From the NCBI GenBank assembly GCA_963698075.1, contig OY969116.1, positions 542,131 to 606,130 on the forward strand: 64,000 nt of DNA. The letters are read 5' to 3'. The notes under the pieces are model-generated. The model was not told the origin of the DNA and ran no database searches. It saw only the letters and a program-made list of their open reading frames with translations. This stretch comes from an uncultured Candidatus Berkelbacteria bacterium (GTDB lineage Bacteria; Patescibacteriota; UBA1384; UBA12157; JAENIV01). The position numbers and the translations under genes are program-made. Positions 28,757 through 39,054 of the stretch are shown here, piece by piece (the stretch's first letter is position 1; every line of letters begins with the position of its first letter).

Positions 28757-30364
28757 TCAGGCCTGGACCAGCCTCGCGAGCCCTGTGCCGCGACGGCGCT
28801 TGGCGATCTCGTCCGCCCCTGGCAGGAAGATATCGGCCTCGCCGAGCCCCAGGAAACGAGAGACCGTGTCCACCAGGTGGGCCTTCTCGCCCGCGGCAAC
28901 AGCGAAGTGATGGACAGTGGTCTTCCACTTCCCGTCGACGCCCAGGACGAGTGCCTCTTCGAGCTCATCGAAGGTGGCATCGTCCACGCCCACGTAGAAG
29001 TGGGTGCCCAGTGTCATGGGGCCGTTGACTACTAGCGCCTCAAAGGCAGCGAGCGAGAAGCTGACGCCGGCCGCGCTGTTCCGGTTGCAGAGCCGGGCCA
29101 GCGTCATTGGCGTCCCCTTCTCGAAGTTCCCTACACCATCGAGGAAGGCGTAGGCCGGCCGCGAGGTCGGGATGATCCAGCCCTGCCTGGCGACGCAGCG
29201 GGTGCAGTTGACCGAGGGGAACGGCCCGCAGTGCCAGACCAAGATCCCGATGATCTTTCCGTCATCGAGGATCACCGTGATGGTGATGTCCGCGAACATC
29301 GGCGGTTTGCCACAAGGGTCGAGGGCCTGAAGCATCATCATCGAGAGCAGGCCACCCCTGTCGGTCTCGCAAGCGACCGGCACGCCGTGGCGGAGCAGCT
29401 CACCGCCAACCATGCAGAGCATGAGCTGGTAGTTCTCCATGCACGCCGGCCAGCAGTTGTGGGTCAGCCCGTCGAGGTCGTACCTCAGGCAGAGTTCGAG
29501 CTCCGCGATGATCGCCGCGGCGATCCGTCTGGCCGCCTCAGGCGGGATCTGGCTGAGATCGATGCCGCGCACCTGCATCGCCTGACACTCTGCCTCGAGC
29601 ATCGGCTGGTCGGGGTCCTGAAGCAGGCTGACCACGCGTCCGAACAGCTCGACCTGATCGATGGGGACCACCTCGACACCGAACCGCGTCCCCAGGACCG
29701 CCGGGCTGCATTCGATCGCTTCGAAGGTGGGCTGGTCGCCGCCGATCTGGCCGATGCGCACGCCCCGCGACATGTTCCGTACTGCCCTAGCTGCGGCGAC
29801 GAAGTCGCGGAACTTGGCAATCTCCTTCTGGCTGCCGGGCTGGCTCTGGCCAACGTAGTCATAGTGGTAGACCCCGTAGTCGGCCACGAGCTTCGAGGCG
29901 GGCTGGAATCCACACCAGGCATCGGTCTCGCGCGTGCCGTCGGTGTTCGGGTAGCCATCGTAGGGCGCGAAGAGCAACACCGGTAGGCCGAGCTCCTGGG
30001 CGAGCACGGCGATTTCGTGCTCGCAGCCGTAGTTGCCGAAGCCCACCTCGAGCGCATCGGCACCCTTGAGCTTGAGGTCCGCCGCCAGGCGCAGCACATC
30101 TGTTCCCGGAGAGATCACACCGCCATCGATGACAGTGATGTCCTGGCGGCAACCAAGCTCTGCGAGCCTGGCTGCGTGTCGCTGGCCCGGTGCCTTCTGG
30201 CTGAAGACCTGCCGCGAAGCGGTCACCCGCACCAACCCGAGAGGCCACTGGGTACGCCGACATTCCTTCCACTGTCTTACCAGTTCTTCTGAACGGGTTT
30301 GCGTCGCCACGACTTTCACCTCCTCGGTTACCTCCAGGCTCACGCCTGTGAGGGGGACTGCCAA
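28757..30364 (-). CDS. L-fucose/L-arabinose isomerase family protein
   Basis: GNYGCE, DAWCG, NCWP, CETD, FAD, WHCG and HH metal-ligand motifs. Markedly GC-rich; start codon uncertain. Confidence 0.85.
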   Translation of the reverse strand: MAVPLTGVSLEVTEEVKVVATQTRSEELVRQWKECRRTQWPLGLVRVTASRQVFSQKAPGQRHAARLAELGCRQDITVIDGGVISPGTDVLRLAADLKLKGADALEVGFGNYGCEHEIAVLAQELGLPVLLFAPYDGYPNTDGTRETDAWCGFQPASKLVADYGVYHYDYVGQSQPGSQKEIAKFRDFVAAARAVRNMSRGVRIGQIGGDQPTFEAIECSPAVLGTRFGVEVVPIDQVELFGRVVSLLQDPDQPMLEAECQAMQVRGIDLSQIPPEAARRIAAAIIAELELCLRYDLDGLTHNCWPACMENYQLMLCMVGGELLRHGVPVACETDRGGLLSMMMLQALDPCGKPPMFADITITVILDDGKIIGILVWHCGPFPSVNCTRCVARQGWIIPTSRPAYAFLDGVGNFEKGTPMTLARLCNRNSAAGVSFSLAAFEALVVNGPMTLGTHFYVGVDDATFDELEEALVLGVDGKWKTTVHHFAVAAGEKAHLVDTVSRFLGLGEADIFLPGADEIAKRRRGTGLARLVQA

Positions 30365-30558
30365 AACAGCTTGTTTCTTACTCTGCCACCTCCTCTCGCC
30401 CTTTGGGGAAACTTGGATTGTTCTTTTTCAACCCGCCCAAGGCGGATAATATCAAATCTTACCAAAAAGTTATATTAACTGTCAATATACAAAAAGCCCC
30501 GGTTGGCCTGCTGCACAAATCCGGAGCCTTCTGCTATCTATCTACTATAGAATTTAAA

Positions 30559-32280
30559 TTAAACCTCGATGATGACCGGTATCACCATTGGCCGTCTTTC
30601 TGTTTCCGCAAATAAGAATTCGCCCATCTCCTGACGCAGCGCTTTTTTAATAAAGTCCCAATTGGCCGGGTATTTTTCATTGTGTCGAGCAAACATTTTT
30701 TTAACTTCCTGACGGGCTTTGTAAACCAAATCTTCGCGTTGGCGCATATAAATAAAACCGCGAGAAATTATATCCGGGGAGGTGACAATTTTGCCGGTTT
30801 CGTGATCAACGGTTAAGATAACCACGAAAATGCCGTCTTTGGCCATTGCCTGACGGTCGCGCAAAACAATATTGCCGACATCGCCAACGCCTAAACCGTC
30901 CACCAAAACATAGGAGGCATCGGCTTTTTCTTGAGATAGCCGCGCCTTGCCTTGATAAATTTCAAAAATCTGACCATCTTCCATAACAAAAGTTTTTTCT
31001 TCCGAAATCCCCAATTCCTGCGCCAATCGGCCATGTAAAACAAGATGGCGAAATTCGCCGTGAATCGGCATAAAATTTTCTGGCTTAACTGATTCAATGA
31101 CTAATTTTAGTTCGTCCCGCTTAGCATGGCCTGAAGAATGGACTCTCTGCGTCTCGGCACCGTAATAAACATAGGCTCCAAGCCGAAAAAGATTGTTTAA
31201 ATTATCTTGAACTGTTCTTTCGTTGCCAGGAATCGCCGAAGCAGAAATAACCACCGTATCGCCTTTTTTAATGTGGACCTGCTTATGTTCGCCGCTGGCC
31301 ATCCTCGTTAAGGCCGAATATTCCTCGCCTTGTGAGCCGGTACAAAGCAGGACTAATTGACTATCAGGAATATTAGCAATCCGGCGGTTATCAACAATGA
31401 TGTTCTGAGGTACTTTCAAATATCCCAAATTCATGGCAATGTTAATTGCCTTATCCATCGAGCGGCCAAAAACTGCCACTTTCCGATTAGAACGCAAAGC
31501 CGCGTTAAGAACTCCTTGGATACGATCTAAGCTTGAAGCAAACGAGGTCACAATGATTCGTCCTTTGACCTTCCTAAAAATCGAGGTAATCGTGTCGTGG
31601 ACAACACTTTCGGAAATGTGACTAGTTTTATATTCAACATTAGTTGATTCCAAAAGGAGTAATTTAACATTTTGGCTCCCCATCTCCTTAAGTCTAACAA
31701 TTACTTTTTGCGATTCTTCTTTGTTGGGATCAAGTCTAAAGTCGGAAATATGGACGACTTTACCTTCAGGGGTGTCAATAATTAAACCAACATCATCCAA
31801 AAAAGTGTGGGAAAAAGGCATAAATTCAATTTTAAAAACGCCCAATTGTAAATGGTCGCCAGCTTTAACCACCCGGATTTTCGGATTTTGTTCAAACTCT
31901 TTCATTTTGGCTTCAATATAGCCGGCGGTCAGTTTGGTCGCATAAATCGGCGCTGGGATTTTCGGCCAAATATAAGGTATCCCGCCAATATGGTCTTCAT
32001 GGCCGTGGGTAAAAATAATTCCCCGGATTTTGTCTTTCCGCTCTTCTAAATAGGCGATATTGGGAATAATATAATCAATTCCCAGCATCTCGCCGCGAGG
32101 AAACATGATTCCGCAGTCGACAATAATAATATCGTCGCCGTATTCGTAAATGGTCATGTTTTTGCCAATTTCGCCGTTGCCGCCGAGCGGAATAACCCGC
32201 AGTCGAGGGGTAAAGGCGCGGAAAATTTTTACAGGTTTGGTTTGGCTGCCTTGTTGAGGCAAAGTAGCAATGTTGTTCAT
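30559..32280 (-). CDS. rnj: Ribonuclease J
   Basis: PLGGNGEIGKNM, THGHEDHIG, GSQGE, HSSGHA, PIHGE, RRPMVIP. Confidence 0.98.
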   Translation of the reverse strand: MNNIATLPQQGSQTKPVKIFRAFTPRLRVIPLGGNGEIGKNMTIYEYGDDIIIVDCGIMFPRGEMLGIDYIIPNIAYLEERKDKIRGIIFTHGHEDHIGGIPYIWPKIPAPIYATKLTAGYIEAKMKEFEQNPKIRVVKAGDHLQLGVFKIEFMPFSHTFLDDVGLIIDTPEGKVVHISDFRLDPNKEESQKVIVRLKEMGSQNVKLLLLESTNVEYKTSHISESVVHDTITSIFRKVKGRIIVTSFASSLDRIQGVLNAALRSNRKVAVFGRSMDKAINIAMNLGYLKVPQNIIVDNRRIANIPDSQLVLLCTGSQGEEYSALTRMASGEHKQVHIKKGDTVVISASAIPGNERTVQDNLNNLFRLGAYVYYGAETQRVHSSGHAKRDELKLVIESVKPENFMPIHGEFRHLVLHGRLAQELGISEEKTFVMEDGQIFEIYQGKARLSQEKADASYVLVDGLGVGDVGNIVLRDRQAMAKDGIFVVILTVDHETGKIVTSPDIISRGFIYMRQREDLVYKARQEVKKMFARHNEKYPANWDFIKKALRQEMGEFLFAETERRPMVIPVIIEV

Positions 32281-32840
32281 AGTTCTCCAATCTGTTTAAG
32301 AATTTCTGGTATTTTTTTAAAATCTTCTTTAATGGTGGTTTTTAAATTCGCTTGGTATAAGGCCGCGGCCGGGTGAAACATCAGCATATAGACCTGACCG
32401 GCTTTTTTGTAGGCCTTGCCGTGGACCTGAGAAATTGTACGGATTTGGGGAAAAAACTGATGCATTGAATGCCGACCCAAAGTGATGATCAGTTTCGGCT
32501 TAATCAGCCGGATTTGATCATATAAATAGGCGGTCGTACAAATCCGCACCTCTTCATCCAAGGGATCGCGATTATTTAAGGGTCGACATTTAACGATGTT
32601 GGTGATAAAAACATCTTCGCGTTTGATTTTGATCGAACCAAGTAATTCATCTAAGAATTGGCCGGCCTCCCCAACAAAAGGGCGACCGGTTTCATCTTCG
32701 CTCTCGCCTGGACCCTCGCCGATAATCAGGATTTCTGCTTTAAGATTGCCTTCGCCCGGAACCGCCTTTTTGCGGCTGCGGTGCAAAGGACACTGAGTGC
32801 ATGAACGGATATCGCGAGCAATTGATTCAAGAGTAGGCAT
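32277..32840 (-). CDS. udg: Family-4 uracil-DNA glycosylase
   Basis: CxxC, GEGPG..ED..GRPFVG, NIVKCRP..NR, HPAA. Confidence 0.96.
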   Translation of the reverse strand: MPTLESIARDIRSCTQCPLHRSRKKAVPGEGNLKAEILIIGEGPGESEDETGRPFVGEAGQFLDELLGSIKIKREDVFITNIVKCRPLNNRDPLDEEVRICTTAYLYDQIRLIKPKLIITLGRHSMHQFFPQIRTISQVHGKAYKKAGQVYMLMFHPAAALYQANLKTTIKEDFKKIPEILKQIGEL

Positions 32841-32923
32841 ATAAATTATTTTCTAGAACGGAATAAATTCCTTCTTAAAAGAGAGCTTCTTTTATCGTTA
32901 ATTCTATTATAGCATATCTTGAG

Positions 32924-33024
32924 AAAAATGTCAAATATCAAAGCCCAAAACTACAACTTAAATGAAAAAGGAAATAATCTTTTTTGCTTTTAGTTAAAGC
33001 TTTAACTTTTGAGTTTTTAGTTTT
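32924..33024. repeat. Inverted micro-repeat element, family H2
   Basis: AAAAATGTCAAATATCAAAGCCCAAAACTACAACTTAAA ... TTTTGCTTTTAGTT..TTTTGAGTTTTTAGTTTT. Confidence 0.75.
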
Positions 33025-33796
33025 AAACTTGGAGCTCGAGTAAATCTCGAGCGACAATTACTTCTCCTTTAAAAAATCTTGCCGCATCTTTTTTCGGATC
33101 GTATTTTTGTATATATAACGGCGCCATGTGGGTTATCACCAGCTTTTTGACCCCATTTTCAGCGGCGAATTTCCCTGCCCGTGAACCGGTAAAATGAGAT
33201 TTTGGCTGAACTTCATCGGGCCAAGCGGCTTCAACCATTGCCAAATCGGCATTTTGAAGACATTTTTTGAGACCTTCGGATTCGACCGAGTCGCCAGAAT
33301 AAGCAAAAACTTTACCTTCAGATTCGAGACGATAACAGATGGGTTTCATGCCGTCATTATGGATAGTCGGATAGGAATAAATTGTCCAGCCCTTGTCTTC
33401 AATTTTATCCTCGGATATCTCTTTGACCTCAATGTTATCAAGCGACCTTTCTCCATATCGGATGATGCGGACGATCGCCTTGAGATTTTCTAATGTTCCT
33501 TCTGGTCCATAAATTTTTAAGGGCTTAATCCTCACTGGCCATAAACCATGGTCAGCCGGTGGCGCGGTCGTGATATGTAAAAGAGTCACTAAATCATTAA
33601 CATGGTCCCCATGCCAATGGGTAATGAATAACGCGTCCAATTGATTAACATGAACGCCAATTTTTAAAAGCTGTTCAATTGCCCCTCGGCCAAAATCAAA
33701 ACAAAGATTTTGGCCGGCGGTTTGAACAAGATACGCCGCCGACCGCCTCTCCAATTCCGGTTGATAGGTGCCAGATCCGAGTATAGTTAATTTCAT
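33023..33796 (-). CDS. MBL-fold hydrolase (RNase Z/AtsA-like)
   Basis: MKLTILGSG, THWHGDH, YSGD, LVITH. Confidence 0.9.
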   Translation of the reverse strand: MKLTILGSGTYQPELERRSAAYLVQTAGQNLCFDFGRGAIEQLLKIGVHVNQLDALFITHWHGDHVNDLVTLLHITTAPPADHGLWPVRIKPLKIYGPEGTLENLKAIVRIIRYGERSLDNIEVKEISEDKIEDKGWTIYSYPTIHNDGMKPICYRLESEGKVFAYSGDSVESEGLKKCLQNADLAMVEAAWPDEVQPKSHFTGSRAGKFAAENGVKKLVITHMAPLYIQKYDPKKDAARFFKGEVIVARDLLELQV

Positions 33797-33892
33797 AATC
33801 TAATTGTAATTTATTTTAGGATAGAAAAAAAGACCGTTCTCGGTCAGCGAGCCCAAAGGGGGCAGGCTCAAACGCGCTCGGCGTCTGGGCAG

Positions 33893-35344
33893 TTAGTTCG
33901 TTGGTTCCTCTTCGGAATCGTTGTCCTCGAAAACTCTCTCGAGGAGCTCAGTAGTCGGGTTGGCGATCTGTTTGACCGCCTCTTCCAGGTCGAGTTGGAT
34001 CCGGGCTTTGATGTACTTAGGCAACCGGTTCCACTCTTCCGCGGAGATTGTCGGCGAGATGTACGGGCGGACAACGGTGTAGCCCTCGGGGATGAAGCGT
34101 AAGACCTGGATACCGTACTGGGCTTCAAACTCCTGGACCGCTTGCCGCTGTTCGTCGCTCATGTTAGCGCGCCGCCGATGCATTCGTACATACCGGGGCG
34201 TGTAGGGTTCGCGGGACTCGAGAACCTTGCTCCGAACCGGCAGCTCGCGGTTGTAAACTACCCGTGGGATGTACGTCCAGCCAGTACAGATCTGTGGCTT
34301 CTCAGGCTTGGGCTTCTTCTTACCCTTCCCGCCTTCCTTCTGCGGCCGGCGGACGGTGATCTGCTTGGCGGTGACCAGATCGTGGTAGACCTGAACACAC
34401 AACCAGAGCAGATAGGTGTTGAACTTCTCTGGAACCGCATCTGGGGGAAGATACTCGGGTCTGTCGCGCAGTATGAACACAACATCGTTGATACTGAAGA
34501 ACGAAGACCCGTGTTCATGCTCCAGCTTGGCCATCAATCCCAAGGATGTTTCGTCGCGGGGAGACTGGTACACCTTGAGAATCATGGACCTGACCGGAGA
34601 CCTGGGATCATGGAAAACCACGATTGACCCTTCTGGGTTGGGTACGTAGCGGAAATTCGCCCAGGCATCCTCGAGAAGAGTCAAGATTGGACGCATGCTG
34701 GGAAACTGAGGCAGCCTATCCGCGAGGTCTCCAGAGCCCCTCAGCGTGTCTTCTGGATCGGGGATAAAGGCAGCATCATCAGGGCCGATGTCATTCATCT
34801 GAGCCGCCACGGGGAAGTGGAACCTCACAAAGTCGGTCTCGATTTGGAGCGGTTTCCTTAGTTGCCGCCAGATTGGCTCCCCCTTGGTCCCTATTAGCAC
34901 CGTGTCTTCGGAACCGGCCGCAAAATGCAGGAACCGCACTGAATAGTAGAGGAACACGTGAAGTGCTCCGTAGGGATTATCCTTGTCTAGCATCCTGTTC
35001 AGATCGGGCAGAAGTCCCAGAGCGGTCATCTCCTCCAGAATCCCGTATTGGAACGGGATGATCCGGTACTGGCCGCTGTTGACGATCCTGTCCAACATGT
35101 TCAGCAAGTATCTGACATAGTACTGGTTCATCTTATCCCTGGCATCGGCTAGTTTGAGCCCCGAAGTGCGCTCGAACTCAGCTTTACAGTGACGGAATAG
35201 TCCTACCAGCAGCCTGTTCGCTGAGCTATGCTCTGGTGGTAGTGCGAAAGGGAAGCCCTCGAACTCTAGTCCAGCCATCCCTTTCGAAAACAGAGTGTAG
35301 ACATCGGGCAAAGTACTTATGAGTAGGTCGATGTCTTGCCACAT
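33893..35344 (-). CDS. Hypothetical 483-aa protein
   Basis: Long GC-rich ORF with own promoter and terminator; basic C-terminal PRYVRMHRRR...VRPY motif. Confidence 0.75.
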   Translation of the reverse strand: MWQDIDLLISTLPDVYTLFSKGMAGLEFEGFPFALPPEHSSANRLLVGLFRHCKAEFERTSGLKLADARDKMNQYYVRYLLNMLDRIVNSGQYRIIPFQYGILEEMTALGLLPDLNRMLDKDNPYGALHVFLYYSVRFLHFAAGSEDTVLIGTKGEPIWRQLRKPLQIETDFVRFHFPVAAQMNDIGPDDAAFIPDPEDTLRGSGDLADRLPQFPSMRPILTLLEDAWANFRYVPNPEGSIVVFHDPRSPVRSMILKVYQSPRDETSLGLMAKLEHEHGSSFFSINDVVFILRDRPEYLPPDAVPEKFNTYLLWLCVQVYHDLVTAKQITVRRPQKEGGKGKKKPKPEKPQICTGWTYIPRVVYNRELPVRSKVLESREPYTPRYVRMHRRRANMSDEQRQAVQEFEAQYGIQVLRFIPEGYTVVRPYISPTISAEEWNRLPKYIKARIQLDLEEAVKQIANPTTELLERVFEDNDSEEEPTN

Positions 35345-35443
35345 TTTCTGCTTCGCTCTCCTTTCCCCTGGATGTGTTTTATTCAGTTGTCGAGGTACTA
35401 AACCAAATGATCATACCATGATAAACGCTTTTTGTCAATCCCC

Positions 35444-35498
35444 AAAAGAGCCCTTGGCGAGTTTACATCGAGTAAACGAGATGCCTCGGGCTCTTTTT
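35444..35498. terminator. Bidirectional intrinsic terminator-like hairpin
   Basis: AAAAGAGCCC..GGC..GTTTAC/GTAAAC..GCC..GGGCTCTTTTT. Confidence 0.75.
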
Positions 35499-35541
35499 CG
35501 TATCTAGAATTTATAATATTCCCAGATTAGACCTACGAGGT

Positions 35542-36408
35542 CTACTCTTTCACTAATCCTAAGTACTCTTTTGCAATCGCAATATTAACCGGCCTCTGTT
35601 TGACCCCGCCAATTAATTTAGGGTTTAAACCACGGCTTTGCAGGGCCTGTTCAATCTGAGGTGATTGACTTTCAATTTCTTCATCAGTTTCGGCATCAAT
35701 CCTGACATCCGTTTTGGCCAAATTGTCGCATAAAAACAAGATGCCAATTTCTGTTTGAAATTCGGGAAAACCTGAAGCAATTTCTTGACAGGCCTGGCGG
35801 CACCCCTCACTTTGGGCGAAAGCAATAGTAAAACCTAATTCTGATTTCTTAGCGGCATCGCGCATTTTCCCGAGTTCGTAATGAAGCCCGGCACAACGGG
35901 CAATATAATCTACTTGACCATCAGTTAAACCATATGTCTGCTGTAATAAACCTCTAATTTCAGGATTTTCTCTGATAATACTTTCTGACTTGGCTTCATG
36001 GCCTTTGTAATCAGGTTCGAGCTTGCCATCTTTATCCTTAAAACCGCGGGCAAATTTCCCTAGATCATGTAAAGGGATGCTGGTTCGTAAAAGTTCCTCC
36101 TTAGTTTTGCCATCAATTTGACCAGATAATTTTGAGGCAACGGTCTCGGACAGGCCCCATTTTTGAAAGTATTCCTGCGCTTCAGTCCGATAAAACTCAG
36201 CAAACTTTCTCGTGTGAGTGATGATTCCGAACTGATGCCAAACGGCATCGTGTTCGACTGGATCGTCAGGGTTTTCCTTAAAATGAGCATTTTCTGGACG
36301 CTCCTCTATTAAACCAACGGCTAAACGAGGCAGCTCGTCCAACAGCCGTAAATCAATATCGGTCAAAGTTTCCCCAGGAGGGGTTGGTTCAGTCCCAAAT
36401 TTAGGCAT
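35542..36408 (-). CDS. HD-domain protein
   Basis: H....THT, LHDLGK, GHE, LH, C-terminal D. Confidence 0.8.
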   Translation of the reverse strand: MPKFGTEPTPPGETLTDIDLRLLDELPRLAVGLIEERPENAHFKENPDDPVEHDAVWHQFGIITHTRKFAEFYRTEAQEYFQKWGLSETVASKLSGQIDGKTKEELLRTSIPLHDLGKFARGFKDKDGKLEPDYKGHEAKSESIIRENPEIRGLLQQTYGLTDGQVDYIARCAGLHYELGKMRDAAKKSELGFTIAFAQSEGCRQACQEIASGFPEFQTEIGILFLCDNLAKTDVRIDAETDEEIESQSPQIEQALQSRGLNPKLIGGVKQRPVNIAIAKEYLGLVKE

Positions 36409-36432
36409 TTTTTCTCCTTACTAAATTATTTA

Positions 36433-37194
36433 TTATTTCGAATGCTCCCACATAAACTCAAAGAAAATCCGCATCATCTCTGTGAGAGGTTTATTCTTAA
36501 TTATAACCGTAAAATTATTCTCAAATTCAACAAATAATATCTTATTATCTAAGATATTTGTTCCGCCTGGGTAGGCATATTTTTTTGGTAAATATCTTAT
36601 CTTATAATATTTTTCCTGAATCGCTTTCATTGGCCCAGGCAATTTTTTAACCCAAAGCAGCATTTTTGTTTCCAGGCCTGTTTTTTGTCTTTTTAGGGCA
36701 TATTTGGGAAAATCCGGCCAAGCATCCAATAAAGGCTGGGTGGCTCCATGAACTAAGAGTGGGATTTTTGCTTTAGCCATTCTTCGACAATCCGGCATAA
36801 TTGATTCGTAGGCGGCTTTAATCCCTTCTTTACCCTCAAAATATTCAACTTCGGGTCGAAATAAAGATTCTTTTTGCAGTTTTTTTAATTCTGGTAGTAT
36901 TTTTTCGATTTCTTGAGAAATGAGATCTAAATTATATTTTTTACCTTCGATATAGGATTTTAATAATTCCGGGTTTTCAACATTAAATTTCAAAATCCCA
37001 CCGGCTTTTTCCGTTTTTGAGGCAAGACCTTTATAAACTAAGTCTTCTAAAATGCCATAACAAGTGCTTCTGACAATACCGGCCTTTTGGGCAATCGTGG
37101 AAGCGGATGCCGAGCGCAATTCTAAAGCCGCCAAATATACTTTAGTCTCTTTATCATCAAAGCCCGCTTTTTTTAATAACTCTTCGTACTCCAT
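36433..37194 (-). CDS. TrmB-like transcriptional regulator
   Basis: GFDDKETKVYLAALE, IAQKAGIVRSTCY, YFEGKEG, FEFMW; ATG 37194 preferred. Confidence 0.92.
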   Translation of the reverse strand: MEYEELLKKAGFDDKETKVYLAALELRSASASTIAQKAGIVRSTCYGILEDLVYKGLASKTEKAGGILKFNVENPELLKSYIEGKKYNLDLISQEIEKILPELKKLQKESLFRPEVEYFEGKEGIKAAYESIMPDCRRMAKAKIPLLVHGATQPLLDAWPDFPKYALKRQKTGLETKMLLWVKKLPGPMKAIQEKYYKIRYLPKKYAYPGGTNILDNKILFVEFENNFTVIIKNKPLTEMMRIFFEFMWEHSK

Positions 37195-37648
37195 ACGACT
37201 AATCCTTTCTACACGAATCATAACTAATTTAAAATTCTACGATATTTAACGCCTTCTTTTTTGAATAAAAATAAAATACCTAAATGAAGATTCTTGGCTT
37301 GTAGATAAGATATTATTTGGTTGATATCCTTTTGATAGAAATCGTTAGCCACTTTTAATTCGACCACAATCTTATTATCAATCAAGAAATCTAGATAATA
37401 TCTCCCGATCTTTTTCCCGTTAAATAAAATTGGACAATATAGCTCTCGTCTGAAAGGAATCTGGTTCTCCAATAACTCCTGGGCAAAAGCTTGTTGATAC
37501 ATTCTTTCATTATGACCATATTGCAATTGATTGAAGACATTAAATAACGCCCCCACAATTTTATAACTTAACTCTTTGTAAATAAGTTCTGCCATATTTG
37601 CGTCTATTATTCGTGTCTATTCGTGAAAAAAAGATTCGTCGTTAGTTC
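37195..37648. mobile_element. Candidate element: GxxExxY gene enclosed by inverted micro-repeat arms (family H4)
   Basis: Left arm ACGACTAATC..ACACGAATC..ACTAAT. Right arm ATTTGCGT..ATTCGTGTCTATTCGTG-A7-GATTCGTCGT. A gene-less relative lies at 45533-45607. Confidence 0.6.
37224..37595 (-). CDS. GxxExxY family protein (PD-(D/E)XK nuclease fold)
   Basis: GHNERMY, YLDFLIDNKIVVELK, QIISYL, LGILF.F. Confidence 0.95.
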   Translation of the reverse strand: MAELIYKELSYKIVGALFNVFNQLQYGHNERMYQQAFAQELLENQIPFRRELYCPILFNGKKIGRYYLDFLIDNKIVVELKVANDFYQKDINQIISYLQAKNLHLGILFLFKKEGVKYRRILN

Positions 37649-37724
37649 TGCTCTTATTTTAACATTTTTGTCGGTTTTTGTCAACAATTGCTTATTTAAA
37701 TCATAATATCTTTGTCCCAAAGAC

Positions 37725-37753
37725 TTGACATTTTGTTTATAATGTGCTATAAT
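37725..37753 (+). promoter_or_regulatory. Consensus sigma70 promoter overlapped by a TGTC-N10-GACA palindrome
   Basis: TTGACA-N17-TATAAT with extended TG. Confidence 0.9.
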
Positions 37754-37855
37754 GGTTAGTCACGATAGGAAAGGGTTTAACCCGAACCTGTCGGACTTGT
37801 CCCTCGAAGCCGTAAGGCGGAGTGGGATGAACCTGAAAATATAAGGAGAACCAAG

Positions 37856-38392
37856 ATGCGGAACCTAATGTTCGCCGCTACCCTGGTATGCCTGGCGGTT
37901 TCGCCCTGTCTGGCCAGCGAGAACCTGGACCTGTATGAAGGAGGAACGGTTGTCGCCACGCTCTGCGGCTTCGAGGATCTCGGTAACGGGTTCTCAACCA
38001 ACGGGTTTGTCGACATCAAGAAAGACGGCTGGTTCTCCAAGGTTCGCGTAGCGAAGATGGAGAATCAGGCCGGAGTGGCCGTCGAGCTCCGAAGCGCTTC
38101 TGGCGGCTACCGCGAGGTAGTCGGCGGACCGCAGCTCGAGCTCAAGGACAGTGCCGGCTTCGTCCGGACTAACTGCTGGAGCGATGGGACCCTCTCAATC
38201 TGGCAGCAACACACCCTCTCCCAGGACTTCTGGACCAATGGCTGGCTCGATGTCAAAAGAGGCCAGACTATGGCCGAGCTCCAAGTCGGCCACAAAGTCG
38301 CGCCAAGGGCGGACCTGATCGCCGAGTACCGGTTCGGCTCCAAGAGGGCCGAAACCGAGCTGGCAGTCGGAGTCCAATTCGGACTTCGGTAG
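37856..38392 (+). CDS. Secreted beta-strand-rich protein, beta-barrel-like
   Basis: Signal peptide, alternating hydrophobic strands, C-terminal LAVGVQFGLR. Confidence 0.7.
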   Translation: MRNLMFAATLVCLAVSPCLASENLDLYEGGTVVATLCGFEDLGNGFSTNGFVDIKKDGWFSKVRVAKMENQAGVAVELRSASGGYREVVGGPQLELKDSAGFVRTNCWSDGTLSIWQQHTLSQDFWTNGWLDVKRGQTMAELQVGHKVAPRADLIAEYRFGSKRAETELAVGVQFGLR

Positions 38393-38505
38393 TATCCACC
38401 CCCGCCTTCCCAACGGAAGGCGGGGGCAACTCCGAACTCTCAAGTTCCTTGAGGGCTGGGAAGTTGAAAATACACCGCCAGGATATCTGGCATAAGGAGA
38501 AAGAG

Positions 38506-38928
38506 ATGATAAAGGCCATCAAAACCTGGATGGAACGATTGTTGTTCGTCTGTGGCCTTAGGACAAAGCCAGCCCGCTGCAACAAGTGCAGCAAGGTCTA
38601 TGAGACCTTCCCATGCCCAGAATGCGGCGTTGACCTGGTGAAGAAAGGCACCTTCAGTATCATCTGGCGACCAACGGATTGTGGCTATGTCTGGCAGTTA
38701 TTGGACCAGCAACGCCGATCGGTTTGTAGAAGATGTAAGCACCAGTTGGTCGAGGAATGCATCTGTTCGTGCCGGGAAGGAAGGATTGAGTTTCCCAGGG
38801 AAATCCCTCGGCAAAACAGAATCTTCATGGATGGGTTCTCAAAGATCTGCAGAGAATGCGGCTATGTGATCGGCAAAGGAGAGAAATGCCGTAACTGCGG
38901 GGCTTGGTCCGAAGAAGAAACCGACTGA
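38506..38928 (+). CDS. Multi zinc-ribbon protein
   Basis: AAGGAG RBS; five CxxC pairs plus CxCxC. Confidence 0.75.
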   Translation: MIKAIKTWMERLLFVCGLRTKPARCNKCSKVYETFPCPECGVDLVKKGTFSIIWRPTDCGYVWQLLDQQRRSVCRRCKHQLVEECICSCREGRIEFPREIPRQNRIFMDGFSKICRECGYVIGKGEKCRNCGAWSEEETD

Positions 38929-39054
38929 TCGTATACTTGCCACCGTCCCGCCCCAATCAGGGGGCTGAACCTCTATTCAGGACCTCCACTGTAAGGATAC
39001 GCAGACGGCGGCGCAGTAGCGCCGCCTTTTTTCGTATTCCTTTAATTTATTAGA

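Noticed and set aside
28656-30449. Long overlapping ORFs in alternative frames (e.g. 29231-29986+, 29485-30099-) and similar shadow ORFs throughout the window
   Set aside because: They overlap well-supported genes, arise from GC-rich or antisense codon bias, and have no RBS or motifs.
37762-37830. Leader hairpins as a c-di-GMP or other riboswitch
   Set aside because: Consensus nucleotides are not matched; the second hairpin looks like the short REP-type palindromes elsewhere in the window.
38960-38990. GGGGCTGA...CTCCAC as tmRNA or tRNA ends
   Set aside because: It is only about 30 bp, with no T-arm or tag reading frame.
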